This document shows positions 1 through 9,266 of a stretch of 64,000 nt of DNA, piece by piece; the stretch's first letter is position 1, and every line of letters starts with the position of its first letter. The stretch is from a bacterium. Lineage in GTDB: Bacteria; RBG-13-61-14; DATKZS01. Made by a program: the position numbers and the translations under genes. The notes under the pieces are model-generated. The model worked only from the letters and a program-made list of their open reading frames with translations, did not search any database and was not told the origin of the DNA. Where the stretch lies: the NCBI GenBank assembly GCA_963674965.2, contig CAXXFL010000002.1, positions 544,001-608,000 of the forward strand. Direction: 5' to 3'.

Positions 1-2
1 TC

Positions 3-746
3 GAGAGGTCGAGGGTGCTCGAGTCCCTGCCCAAGTTCGGGCCCGTCGACGTCTGCTGCGGCGAGCTTCCTTACCGCTCGGGAAGATGGAAAGAATACGC
101 CCGAGTGGCCGAGCGCGCCATCGCTCGGCTGAGCGAGGTCCAGGCCGAGAGGATCGTCTGTTACTGTGGGTCTTGCAATACCTTTCTGGGAAAAATCATG
201 CCGCGCGTTTACGGAAAGAGTCTTCCCTTCAAGTTTGTTTCTTTATACGAGTGGCTCCTGGAAAGACACGAGGCCGGTCTGATCGAACTGAAGCGCCCGC
301 TTCACTTCAAGGCCGCGGTCCATGAGTCATGCTACGCCACTGAACTTGGCCCCGAGTTTGCCTCGGCCCTCAGAAAAATCTACCGGGCCGCCGGGATGGA
401 AACGGTCGAACTCGAGCGGTCGGGAGACCTCAATACCTCGTGCGGGGCGGCCGGCGTGGCCAGGAGGTGGAGCGTGCTGGACGTGACGAGGGCCCAAAAC
501 TTAAAGTACGCCGAGGTTAAGCGCTCGGGCGTCTCCGAGATGGCCCTCAATTGCCCCGGTTGTTACCTGACCATGGCGAGCACAGCCTGGATGAAGGGCG
601 TCAAGCTGAGGTATATGCCCGAGCATCTGCTGAGGGCCTTTGGAGACGACGTTAAAAAGCCGGCCTCCAAGCTGGTCGGGCCCTTTGCCTGGACCCTCCT
701 GAAAAACGTTCCCCTTGCCTTTAAGAAGGCGAGCCTCGATCCATAA
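3..746 (+). CDS. CCG-domain Fe-S protein (heterodisulfide reductase/GlpC-like), 5' end outside window
   Basis: Frame is open to the window edge; Cys-rich motifs VCCG, CYCGSC, HESC, SCG and NCPGC are typical of tandem CCG domains. Confidence 0.75.
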   Translation, partial: ERSRVLESLPKFGPVDVCCGELPYRSGRWKEYARVAERAIARLSEVQAERIVCYCGSCNTFLGKIMPRVYGKSLPFKFVSLYEWLLERHEAGLIELKRPLHFKAAVHESCYATELGPEFASALRKIYRAAGMETVELERSGDLNTSCGAAGVARRWSVLDVTRAQNLKYAEVKRSGVSEMALNCPGCYLTMASTAWMKGVKLRYMPEHLLRAFGDDVKKPASKLVGPFAWTLLKNVPLAFKKASLDP

Positions 747-771
747 GGGACCCGCCGGGACCGGTCGTCGC

Positions 772-1500
772 ATGAATAAAACCAAGTGGAAGCCCCTGGA
801 AGAGATCGAGTTCCTCTTGAAGGGCCGCGAAAAAATCGCCGTTATAAGTTGCGGCACCTGCGCGAACCTGAGCGGGACCGGCGGGATCGGCGGCATGCGC
901 GAGTTCGAGCGCGCGCTGAAGAAGTGGCGAAAGAAGACGACCCTGGCGAGGTGCGTCGTGGCCTGCTGTCCCGAGGCTATCATGGAACAAACCATGGTGG
1001 CTTATAGCCGCGAAATAGGGGCAAGCGACGCGATGGTTATTTTAAGCTGCGCCGCGGGAGTGAAAGCAGCCAACCTTTGCCGCCCGCCCGTTCCCGTGAT
1101 AAGCGTTCTCGATCCCGCGGGAAGCGTGGCGGTCACGGACAAGGATGGACCACTGGCCGAGAGCGAGTGCAAAGTCTGCGGCCAATGCGTTATTTCCCTG
1201 ACCGGTGGGATATGTCCCATCGGCGCCTGTCCGGCGAAATCGAAATACGGTCCCTGCAGGAGGGCCGAGGAAGGGGACGGCGCCTGCGCGCTGGACCCGG
1301 GGCGCCCTTGTATTTGGAAGATCATCGGGGCCGAGGCGGACCTCGCGGGTCTGGCCGAATTGAAAAAACTGCATGAAAAAAACCTGGAGCGCCCCTCGCC
1401 GGTGAAGGTTCCCGCCGCGCCTTCCGTTCTTGGCTGGACCTCGACCTGGCTGGCGGCCAGGCTGGAGTGGCTGGAGATGGTAATCAGGTCAATTAAATGA
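772..1500 (+). CDS. Methylenetetrahydrofolate reductase C-terminal domain (MetV-like) Fe-S protein
   Basis: SCGTCA, LSCAAGV, ECKVCGQC, GGICPIGACPAKSKYGPC and PCIW motifs. ATG at 772 (MNKTKWKPLEEI) preferred over the ORF-track start at 715. Confidence 0.75.
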   Translation: MNKTKWKPLEEIEFLLKGREKIAVISCGTCANLSGTGGIGGMREFERALKKWRKKTTLARCVVACCPEAIMEQTMVAYSREIGASDAMVILSCAAGVKAANLCRPPVPVISVLDPAGSVAVTDKDGPLAESECKVCGQCVISLTGGICPIGACPAKSKYGPCRRAEEGDGACALDPGRPCIWKIIGAEADLAGLAELKKLHEKNLERPSPVKVPAAPSVLGWTSTWLAARLEWLEMVIRSIK

Positions 1501-1558
1501 TCGACTCGATACGCGGACGGACCCCTCGAAAAATATCCGGAAGCTCATCCGCCCCCGC

Positions 1559-2737
1559 TTACTCGTCGATATAGCCGCCGTCATCGTAAGGCGCGTCCTC
1601 GAAGGAGGCGCCATCGTCGACCATGTGGTCCTCAATGTACCCGCCGCCTTCGTCCATGTATTCGCCGTCGCCAACCGGGGCGTCCTCGTAGTAATCCTCG
1701 CCTTCCGGGTCGTATTGCTCGTCGTCCACGTAGCTACCCCCGTCGATCGGTTCCACGTAGCCGTCATCGACGTAATCTTCCGCTTCATCCTGGGGCAGGG
1801 TGGACGAGTCCAGCGGCCCCATGTCGGGAGCGGGTTTTGTATCTTTTTCCCTTCTCTTCAAGGGATCGATAAAATCGTCGGCCGGTCGAGCCCCCGGTTC
1901 GGGTTTGGATTCCGGCTCCGGTTCCGGTTTATTTTCCTCGGGGACTTCCTCGGGCGGCTCGATGGGGACCGGGATTGAATCCTTGAATTTCTCGATCGCC
2001 GCCATGGAGGAGTTTCCCACGGAGTCGGCCAATTCTATTTCATTCCTTCCCTTGTCAAGGCTGGAGACGTCCCCCGTCTGAAGGTATTTCCTCAAATGGT
2101 TGTAGCCAAGGCGTTTCTTGGCCAGGGAGTTCGACAGCTTCAAATGCTCCTCGCGAAGAGGGGAGGGCGGGCGGATGGCCCGGATTTTATTGGTGATGGT
2201 CATCATGTTCCTGATGTCCTGGGTCATCTCCGGGAGTTTGCTTGTATCGTTTTCCTCCCTTATGGAGTCCATGTTGGAGCAGAGGACTTCGGCCTCGCCG
2301 AGAAGATCGACTATCTGGTCGTAGTATTGAATCATCTCCTCGTAGGTGACGGCCGCGTCGGGCGTCGAGGTATTGTCGTCCCCAGCCGGGTGACCTCTTC
2401 TCCCTATACGGCGGGGGACCCTGCCCCCGTTTTTATCCTGGTCGATATCTTTATCTCGAACGGCCCCGGCCAACGCGCCGGCTGGGCTTGGCTCCTCCTC
2501 GGCCAGTTCCCGCGCTTCCGAGTCGCTTGTGGGCTTGGGTGCTTTTTGGCCGGTCAGCGTCGCGGCGGCAAGACCTAAGGAAAGAAGCAGAACAAGTATC
2601 AAAGCCGCCGCCGGATGCTTGTACTTGGGGAAGTGGCCGGCGCGATTCCTTTTTCCCGTGACCAGCATTGATGAGCAACGGGGACAGGATTTGGCGTCGT
2701 CCTCGATTTCAACGTGGCAGTATGGACAATTAATCAT
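1559..2737 (-). CDS. Hypothetical membrane-anchored protein: zinc ribbon, TM helix, helical domain, Pro/Glu linker, very acidic Tyr/Asp tail
   Basis: N-terminal CPYC..CPRC; hydrophobic AAALILVLLLSLGLAAATL; Asp/Glu/Tyr-rich C-terminus; SD-like GAGG upstream. Confidence 0.7.
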   Translation of the reverse strand: MINCPYCHVEIEDDAKSCPRCSSMLVTGKRNRAGHFPKYKHPAAALILVLLLSLGLAAATLTGQKAPKPTSDSEARELAEEEPSPAGALAGAVRDKDIDQDKNGGRVPRRIGRRGHPAGDDNTSTPDAAVTYEEMIQYYDQIVDLLGEAEVLCSNMDSIREENDTSKLPEMTQDIRNMMTITNKIRAIRPPSPLREEHLKLSNSLAKKRLGYNHLRKYLQTGDVSSLDKGRNEIELADSVGNSSMAAIEKFKDSIPVPIEPPEEVPEENKPEPEPESKPEPGARPADDFIDPLKRREKDTKPAPDMGPLDSSTLPQDEAEDYVDDGYVEPIDGGSYVDDEQYDPEGEDYYEDAPVGDGEYMDEGGGYIEDHMVDDGASFEDAPYDDGGYIDE

Positions 2738-2878
2738 TCGACACCTCGCTCTTGTAAAGCATCAGTTTAATCTCCCATGTCGGTTTAGACTCGCGGGCGA
2801 CAAAATTGTGCCCCTGTCTCCCGGCATTGTCACCATTATAATACCAACGGGACAAGGAAGAAACGGTTTTATCGCTCC

Positions 2879-2920
2879 AAAGCAAACCGCCGGCCGGGAT
2901 TCTTCCCGCCGGCGGCCGCC
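2879..2920 (-). terminator. Probable rho-independent terminator downstream of the ferredoxin gene
   Basis: Minus-strand GC stem CCGCCGGCGGG/CCCGGCCGGCGG followed by TTTGCTTT. Confidence 0.5.
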
Positions 2921-2938
2921 GTCTCGCCTAGCCTATCT

Positions 2939-3931
2939 TTACGCGGGGATGAACCCGGGCTCGCGGGCCTCGACCATGGCTATGGCGCCCTCCGGGCAGC
3001 CTATCTCGCACTGGCCGCAGCCGAGGCATTTTTCCGCCTTGACCTTCGCCTTGCCGTCCTCCACCGCGATGGCGCCGAACCAGCACCTTTCCTCGCACGT
3101 CCCGCAGGCGTTGCATAATTCCTCGTCCACCTCCGGTTTATAACGGCTCGGGTCGCAAAGGGGAAGGCCGTCCGCGATGAGCAAGGTAAACGATTGGCAA
3201 CAGCAGCCGCAGCAGTTGCAGATGAAGTGGCCCATGTCGGCCTTGTTCATGACCACGTGCACCAGGCCGGCCTCCTCGGTTTGCTCGATTATACGGTAGG
3301 CCTCCTCCTTGCTCACCTCCCGTCCCGAGCCCCGGTCGATGGTGTAGTCAGCGCCCTTGTTTATCTGGAGGCAGACCTCGACCGGCGCGTCGCACTTGTG
3401 CATGGAGGTCCGACAGGTGCACTTGGTCACGGCTATGCGGGAGGCCTTGTCCACCACTTCACGGATGCTGTCCGGCGCCAGCACCTTTGCCTTGCCCGCG
3501 TCCAGGCTTTTGCCCACCGGGATGACGCGGGTAAAGGGGCGGGGCATAAGCTTGGTCAGGACGGGCGCCAGTTTAGGCCATTCCTCATCCATGTAATTTT
3601 CCCACAGGTCGTAGAACTCCCGGGTCGCCTCGGGCCAGACCAGGGTCGCGTCATGGAACTGGGCCAGGTGCATGGGCGAGCGCCAGCTCACCTCGCCGCC
3701 CTTTTCCTTCTTGAAGGTCAGGCCCTTGTGGTACATGTCCTTCAGGTCGGCGTCGACCTGGGACTCGTCCCTTCCCAGCTTCTGGGCCATTTGTTTGGCC
3801 GTCCCGGGAAGTGACAAGAGGAGCTCGGCCTGCTCCTCATTGATAAGGCTTTTCAATATTTCCGGGATCCACTTGGAATCCTTATGGAACATCTTTTCCG
3901 CGAACTTCCGGTAAGGTGATATATCCGCCAT
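2939..3931 (-). CDS. 4Fe-4S dicluster (ferredoxin-domain) protein
   Basis: CTCR, ICNCCGCCC, CNACGTCEERC and CLGCGQCEIGCP motifs. Confidence 0.85.
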   Translation of the reverse strand: MADISPYRKFAEKMFHKDSKWIPEILKSLINEEQAELLLSLPGTAKQMAQKLGRDESQVDADLKDMYHKGLTFKKEKGGEVSWRSPMHLAQFHDATLVWPEATREFYDLWENYMDEEWPKLAPVLTKLMPRPFTRVIPVGKSLDAGKAKVLAPDSIREVVDKASRIAVTKCTCRTSMHKCDAPVEVCLQINKGADYTIDRGSGREVSKEEAYRIIEQTEEAGLVHVVMNKADMGHFICNCCGCCCQSFTLLIADGLPLCDPSRYKPEVDEELCNACGTCEERCWFGAIAVEDGKAKVKAEKCLGCGQCEIGCPEGAIAMVEAREPGFIPA

Positions 3932-4030
3932 GGTTTGCGCCTCCCTATTAATAGTTTCCTTTCAGACGGCCGGACGTTTCCGGCTATCGGCGTCCAGACT
4001 ATAACATACGTTAAAGGAAATCAAAGCGAG

Positions 4031-4795
4031 CTATGTCCTTTTCAGCGACGTGGCAAGCTGAGCTATACACATGGCCTGGTTCCTGTCCTCCAGTCTCATG
4101 GCGTCCTCCAGGCTCATGGCCCCCGCGTTTCGGTCCAGGGCCTCCTTGGTCAGGCGAAGACCGAGGGGGGACTTGCCCGCCATGTTAACCGCCATCTCCT
4201 TGGCCGTCTCGATAAGGGAATCCAAAGAGATGACGCCCTGCACGAAGCCGATACGCAAGGCCTCCTCAGCGGAGAAGAAGTCGCCGGTCAAAAGATAACG
4301 GGCCGCGTTGCCCAGACCGACGGCCCGCGTGAAAAGCCACGAGCTGCCCATGTCCGCTCCTCCCGTGCCGATGTTGATGTAGGCCGCGCTGAACCTGGCC
4401 TCGGGCGACGCCAGCCTCACGTCGCAGGCCATGGCGACCGAGAGTCCGGCCCCCACCGCCGCTCCGTTTATGGCGCCGACGATCGGCTGGGGGCAGCGTC
4501 TCATGAAGAAGATCACGTCCGAGAAAAGCCGCTGAAGCTCGTAGGCCGACTTGGGCGTGAAGTCGTTGTCGTCCCGCGTGATGGACGAGTCCTTGAGGTC
4601 CAGGCCGGAGCAGAAACCCTTGCCCGCGCCCGTTATCACGATCACCCTGGTCGCCTCGTCGGTCAGACGCTCGATAAAGAACCGCCGCAGCTCGTCGCGC
4701 ATGGCGTAGTTCATGGCGTTCATCCGCTCGGGACGGTTCAGCGTCAATATGCCGATGGGCCCCTCGTTCCTGTAAATAAAAGTTTCGTAAGTCAT
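4031..4795 (-). CDS. Enoyl-CoA hydratase/isomerase (crotonase) family protein
   Basis: LTLNRPERMNA, GKGFCSGLDL and AINGAAVGAGLSVAMACDVR motifs; ATG at 4795 follows a GGAG SD. Confidence 0.9.
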   Translation of the reverse strand: MTYETFIYRNEGPIGILTLNRPERMNAMNYAMRDELRRFFIERLTDEATRVIVITGAGKGFCSGLDLKDSSITRDDNDFTPKSAYELQRLFSDVIFFMRRCPQPIVGAINGAAVGAGLSVAMACDVRLASPEARFSAAYINIGTGGADMGSSWLFTRAVGLGNAARYLLTGDFFSAEEALRIGFVQGVISLDSLIETAKEMAVNMAGKSPLGLRLTKEALDRNAGAMSLEDAMRLEDRNQAMCIAQLATSLKRT

Positions 4796-4849
4796 GGCGT
4801 CTCCTTTTCCGTTTTTCTTCAATCGCGGCGCGTTCTTCATTCCCCCGTT

Positions 4850-6418
4850 TTATCTGGTCCTGACCAACTCGATGGGGATTTTGGACCTGATTTCGTAAAG
4901 GTCCGGTCTTCTGTCCAGGAGGTGGGTCACGCTGCCCATCTCCCTTTGCTGGGCCAGGGCTCCCAGGTCGAGGTCGGTTATCACCACCGTCTCGGTATGG
5001 GCCTGGGCCTCGGCCGCGGTGGCGTTCATGGGGAAGGGAAAGTCGCTTGGCGTGAGGATGGCGGCCTGCCCGTAATTAATAAGGAAGCTCTTCACCTGGG
5101 GCAGGTTGCCCACGCATCCGGCCATGACAACGTAGATCATGTTTTCAACGGCCCGGGCGTGCGAGCAATACCGCACCCTCATGTAGGATTTCCTCTCGTC
5201 CGTGGCGAAGGGAACGAAGATAATCTCGGCCCCCGCCAGGGTGAGAAGACGAGAGGGCTCGGGAAACTCGACGTCGTAACAGACCTGGATGGCGATCCGG
5301 GCGAGACCGGTGTCGAATATTTTCAGGGTGTCGCCGGGAAGGATGCCCCAGTGAATCCTTTCGCCCGGGGTCACGTGTATCTTGTCCTGAGTGTAAACGG
5401 CGCCGGTGGGCGTGAACAGGTGAGCCACGTTCTTAAGCCCCTTTTCCGTCTCCACCGGATGGGACCCCGCGATTATATGCAGCCCGCTTTCCCGGGCCAT
5501 GCGCGAGAAGAGCTCGACGTAGCGGTCGGTATACTTGGCCAGTTCCCCGATCGCCTGGCGGGTGTCGAGGTCGGGGGCCATGAGGCTGAAAAGCTGGGCC
5601 GTGAAAAGCTCGGGAAACAAGAGGAAGTGGCAGTAATACTCGTCGGCCGTGACCACGAAGAACTCGACCTGTTTCTCGAATTCCTCCCACGAGGTCAGCC
5701 TTCTCATCTGGTACTGGGCCGCGCAGACGCGGACCTTTCGGACGGGACGCCGGATGGGCGCGCCGGCGATCTTTCTCTTCTCGGGCTTGAAGTTGGGGTT
5801 GGGCATCTCGAGAAAGGTCGCGTAGTTAAGGCTTTCCTGGTCGTCCAGGTAATCCAGGTGAACGCCCTTGACCTCGTAGCCCGCCTTGAGGTGGGCGTTC
5901 AGGGCCATGTCCTTCATCTCGCCACTTTTCACCTTCTCGATGTACTCCTCGGGGCTCATCCGGCCCGCGTGGTCCTTGTAGCCGGGAATGCGGCCGCCGG
6001 CGACCATGCGGCGCAGATTAAAGCGCGACATGATCCTTTTTCTGCCCTCGTAGAGCTTGCCCGCTATGCTCATGCCCCGATAGTCCGGATGGACCGCGAT
6101 ATCGGCCCCATAAAGGGTGTCGCCGCTGGGATCGTGAGTGCTGAAGGTGGCGAGTCCCGTTATTTCCGAGTACGAGTACCAGGGTGAGTCGTCGTCCAGA
6201 AGCAGGATAAGGGAAGTGGCGTAGCCCACCACCTTGCCGTCAACCTCCGCCAGTATCTGGCCCTCCGGGAAGGCGTCGAGCTGCATTCGGTAGTTGCGCT
6301 CGTCGCAAAGGGTCTCGCGGGAAAAACTGGAATAGGCCGCCTTCTGCACTTCCATGATCGACGGGACGTCCTCGGCCTTCCAGCGCCTGACTTTTACGTT
6401 CATACTTTTCTTCTTCAT
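4850..6418 (-). CDS. Bifunctional GNAT acetyltransferase / carbon-nitrogen hydrolase (nitrilase) family protein
   Basis: GNAT motif VHPDYRGMSIAGKLY; nitrilase Glu-Lys-Cys triad motifs FPE, DKIH and QVCYDVEFPE. Confidence 0.9.
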   Translation of the reverse strand: MKKKSMNVKVRRWKAEDVPSIMEVQKAAYSSFSRETLCDERNYRMQLDAFPEGQILAEVDGKVVGYATSLILLLDDDSPWYSYSEITGLATFSTHDPSGDTLYGADIAVHPDYRGMSIAGKLYEGRKRIMSRFNLRRMVAGGRIPGYKDHAGRMSPEEYIEKVKSGEMKDMALNAHLKAGYEVKGVHLDYLDDQESLNYATFLEMPNPNFKPEKRKIAGAPIRRPVRKVRVCAAQYQMRRLTSWEEFEKQVEFFVVTADEYYCHFLLFPELFTAQLFSLMAPDLDTRQAIGELAKYTDRYVELFSRMARESGLHIIAGSHPVETEKGLKNVAHLFTPTGAVYTQDKIHVTPGERIHWGILPGDTLKIFDTGLARIAIQVCYDVEFPEPSRLLTLAGAEIIFVPFATDERKSYMRVRYCSHARAVENMIYVVMAGCVGNLPQVKSFLINYGQAAILTPSDFPFPMNATAAEAQAHTETVVITDLDLGALAQQREMGSVTHLLDRRPDLYEIRSKIPIELVRTR

Positions 6419-6648
6419 CTTTCTCCTCGAACCATTGAGATAAAAAGTAAACGAGACGAAGATTAACCGAATTCAAGACAAATATCCACCATGAATTGCA
6501 AAGAACTCGATTTTTGTATTCTTGAAGAAGAGATGCTGATTTTCTATCAAAACAAATAGGCTGATTGTCGCAAGAATAAGAGCCCAAGGTCAATAATAGA
6601 TGATGCAGGAAATGCGTGCAATGAATTTTGACTTAGAGCTAAATAATG

Positions 6649-8082
6649 CTGAACTTTAGAACTTTTTAGTCTGGTTTGCACGTATCGACATTAAGCAGCC
6701 TCCTTGAGGGGCGTAATTTCCTCTGGTTTGGGGTCGGAATGGAAAGCGGGAGAAATTCGCAAAGCCTTGTAGAAAGCGCGTCGGAGCCGACCGACGCTTG
6801 GGGGGCCGCTCGGGTCCCACCACGGTTCGGCCTCGATCTTTTCCGCCTCCGGGACGCAAAGGGCAAGCAGGCCCAAAAGGCCGTAGGCGACCAGGCAGAG
6901 GTTGGCGTGGCGCTTGATGGCCGTGAACGACCTCTGTCGATAGTCGCCGAAACCGCCCGCCGTCTTCACCTCCCGGAACAACTCCTCGATCTTCCAGCGG
7001 CCCGAATACGTTTCCAGCGCCCGCTCCGGCTTCATCTCGACGTCGGTGGTGAAAAACACGTTCATTTTTTTGCCGGAGCGCCGGGGGAAAATGATGACGA
7101 GTATCGGCTTGTCGCCGAGGGTGGCGCTGGGGACCATCACCCCGACGAAGGCCTCGATGGTAACGGTCTTGCCGTAAATCCTGGCCTTGATTTTTTCGCG
7201 CTTCGATCTTTTCAACCACAGTTGTTGGGGGCTGAACTTCTTGCCGCGCTTGGGCGGCCTTCCCGGACCATTCTTCCTTTTGGGGAGTTCGTAGAGCGCC
7301 GCGTTCGAGCGGAGGCGGCTGATCAGGACCACCTCTTTGCCGTCGAACTCGAGACCGGCCAACTTGGCCTTGGCGTAGAGGTTGTCCACCACCAGGACCA
7401 GTCTCCGAGCGGGCCAGGAGAACCTTTTTATCATCATGGCGGCCAACTCGATCTTGGTTTTGAACTCCCATCCCTTGGGGCAAAACTTTTCCTGGACGAA
7501 GAGCAGCGCCGAGAGGGGGAAGGCGAACCACTTGCCCCCGCGCTCCCATAGAAGCGCCATCACCACCCAGCAGTGGCCGAGCCCCCGGCGCTTTTGATGG
7601 CCGGGGTTTTTGTCCGTCGGGTCCGGGTAATAGCCCAGACCGAAGAACTTCTTGCCCCATTTCTTGACCAGGGTGTCGTCGACGGCGACGACGATCTCGT
7701 CCATGATCTTGAGTCGTTGGGCCACCAGGTCGAGCAGGCATTGACTCACCTTTTGGCAGGACCACCGGCCCTTGCGCATGAAAGCGTAGGGCGTGGTCCA
7801 GTGCATGACCCGGTGGACTTGGGTGAGGCGCATGACCTCGGTCACGCAGTGCTGGAGACCGAACAGCGCCGCGTGGGCGATAATGAAGGTCTGGAAGTGC
7901 TCGAACCCGGGCTTGGAGAAGCAGTTGACAAATACAAGCATCAGCGGCAACATAAGAGCTTGAGCGTTCATCAGCGTTCACTCCCGCGTTATGAGGGCCG
8001 ATCACACCTCTCATTATACGGGAAAAACTGGTGAACGCTATTTTTACATGGTGGAACATGGCTAAAAAGTTCTAAAGTTCAG
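6649..8082 (-). mobile_element. IS701-like insertion sequence (~1.43 kb)
   Basis: Perfect 21-bp inverted repeats CTGAACTTTAGAACTTTTTAG (6649-6669) and CTAAAAAGTTCTAAAGTTCAG (8062-8082) enclose a DDE transposase. The exact tips could extend a few bp; no target duplication recognised. Confidence 0.85.
6691..7971 (-). CDS. IS701-family DDE transposase
   Basis: VAVDDT, GHCWV, VVDNLY and YSGRWKIEELFREVK motifs; intact 426-aa frame. Confidence 0.88.
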   Translation of the reverse strand: MNAQALMLPLMLVFVNCFSKPGFEHFQTFIIAHAALFGLQHCVTEVMRLTQVHRVMHWTTPYAFMRKGRWSCQKVSQCLLDLVAQRLKIMDEIVVAVDDTLVKKWGKKFFGLGYYPDPTDKNPGHQKRRGLGHCWVVMALLWERGGKWFAFPLSALLFVQEKFCPKGWEFKTKIELAAMMIKRFSWPARRLVLVVDNLYAKAKLAGLEFDGKEVVLISRLRSNAALYELPKRKNGPGRPPKRGKKFSPQQLWLKRSKREKIKARIYGKTVTIEAFVGVMVPSATLGDKPILVIIFPRRSGKKMNVFFTTDVEMKPERALETYSGRWKIEELFREVKTAGGFGDYRQRSFTAIKRHANLCLVAYGLLGLLALCVPEAEKIEAEPWWDPSGPPSVGRLRRAFYKALRISPAFHSDPKPEEITPLKEAA

Positions 8083-8303
8083 TACCTTTATAATACCGGT
8101 TGTTCTCCAAAATCTGGGGGCGATGGATATTCTTTTTGTAGGGATCGCCTTGTACACCGTTTGGAAGATTCTCAGGGTGACGCCACAAACGGCCTGAGCT
8201 TAAACCTTGGGCCTCGTCTTTTCGTAAGCGATAAACCTTGCGTTAGGAAAAGAGATAAAGAGGGAAACCCTGAAGCTTCCCCCTTTAGAAGATGGCTTTT
8301 TTC

Positions 8304-9005
8304 TCAGTCGTCACTTCCGCCCAAGAGTCCGAGTCGGAAGGCGAAGTACAGAAGCTGGACCAGGGCGGTGATGGTGGCGGCCACGTAGGTGAGGGCCGCG
8401 GCGCTGAGGACCGAGGACACGCCGGCCCTTTCCTGGTCGGAGTAGATGATGCCTTGCTCCATTATCAGGGCCTTGGCCCGTCTCGAGGCGTCAAGCTCGA
8501 CGGGGAGCGTGATGACCTGGAAGATGACAAGGGTCCCGAACAGGATAACTCCGGCCAGGGCCAGGCCTTTGATGGATAAGATCATGCCGATGAAAATCAT
8601 GGGAAAAGCCAGCCATGAGCCGATGTTCGCCGTGGGCACGATGGCGTTGCGAAGCTTGAGGAGCGCGTAGCCCGAGGCGTGCTGGAGCGCGTGACCGGCC
8701 TCGTGGGCCGCTATGCCGACCGCCGCGATGGAGCTTGACTGGTATATGTCCGGGCTGAGGCGAAGGGTTTGGGAAGTGGGGTCGTAATGGTCCGAGAGCC
8801 ATCCCCTGGTTACCTCGACCTGAACGTTTCTCAGGCCAAAGGCGTCCAGGATGCGCCTGGCCGCCATGGCGCCCGTAAGTCCACTCATGTTGCCGACTTT
8901 ACTCCATTTTTTTACCGTGGACTTGACCTTTATCTGGGCGTAAATGCCCAGGAGGAAGGCCGGCGCTATCATAATGAAATACAAGGGGTCCAAAGTTAAA
9001 AACAT
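8304..9005 (-). CDS. Membrane neutral zinc metallopeptidase (YugP-like)
   Basis: LSDHYDP, AAHEAGHALQ (HExxH), TLPVELDASRRA and AAALTYVAA motifs. Confidence 0.9.
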   Translation of the reverse strand: MFLTLDPLYFIMIAPAFLLGIYAQIKVKSTVKKWSKVGNMSGLTGAMAARRILDAFGLRNVQVEVTRGWLSDHYDPTSQTLRLSPDIYQSSSIAAVGIAAHEAGHALQHASGYALLKLRNAIVPTANIGSWLAFPMIFIGMILSIKGLALAGVILFGTLVIFQVITLPVELDASRRAKALIMEQGIIYSDQERAGVSSVLSAAALTYVAATITALVQLLYFAFRLGLLGGSDD

Positions 9006-9231
9006 CTTTTTTCCTCCTACCTATATGGACACGCCATTTTGGGCTATGTTCCTTTTCCTTAGTCGTCTAAAAATTTGGCGTTTCTCATTCTTAATTATTA
9101 TCAGCCAATTAAACATTCAGTAATATGACATGTATTTGGACGGACTTCCATCTTAAATCAAATTATAAGCATTACCCGGGAATTGGCAAGATATGAAAAA
9201 TGTAACCCGCGCTGAAAATGCCCGGATATTC

Positions 9232-9260
9232 TTGCGTTTTGCCCGGCCCTGACTTATAAT
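9232..9260 (+). promoter_or_regulatory. Sigma70-type promoter of the xerC operon
   Basis: TTGCGT (9232-9237), 17-bp spacer, TATAAT (9255-9260). Confidence 0.6.
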
Positions 9261-9266
9261 TTCAAA

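Noticed and set aside
3935-6187. Long antisense ORFs (750 aa here; also 18585-20495, 21790-23520, 36254-36925, 38626-39879 and others)
   Set aside because: They lie opposite well-supported genes and are expected shadows of GC-rich codon usage; no motifs recognised.
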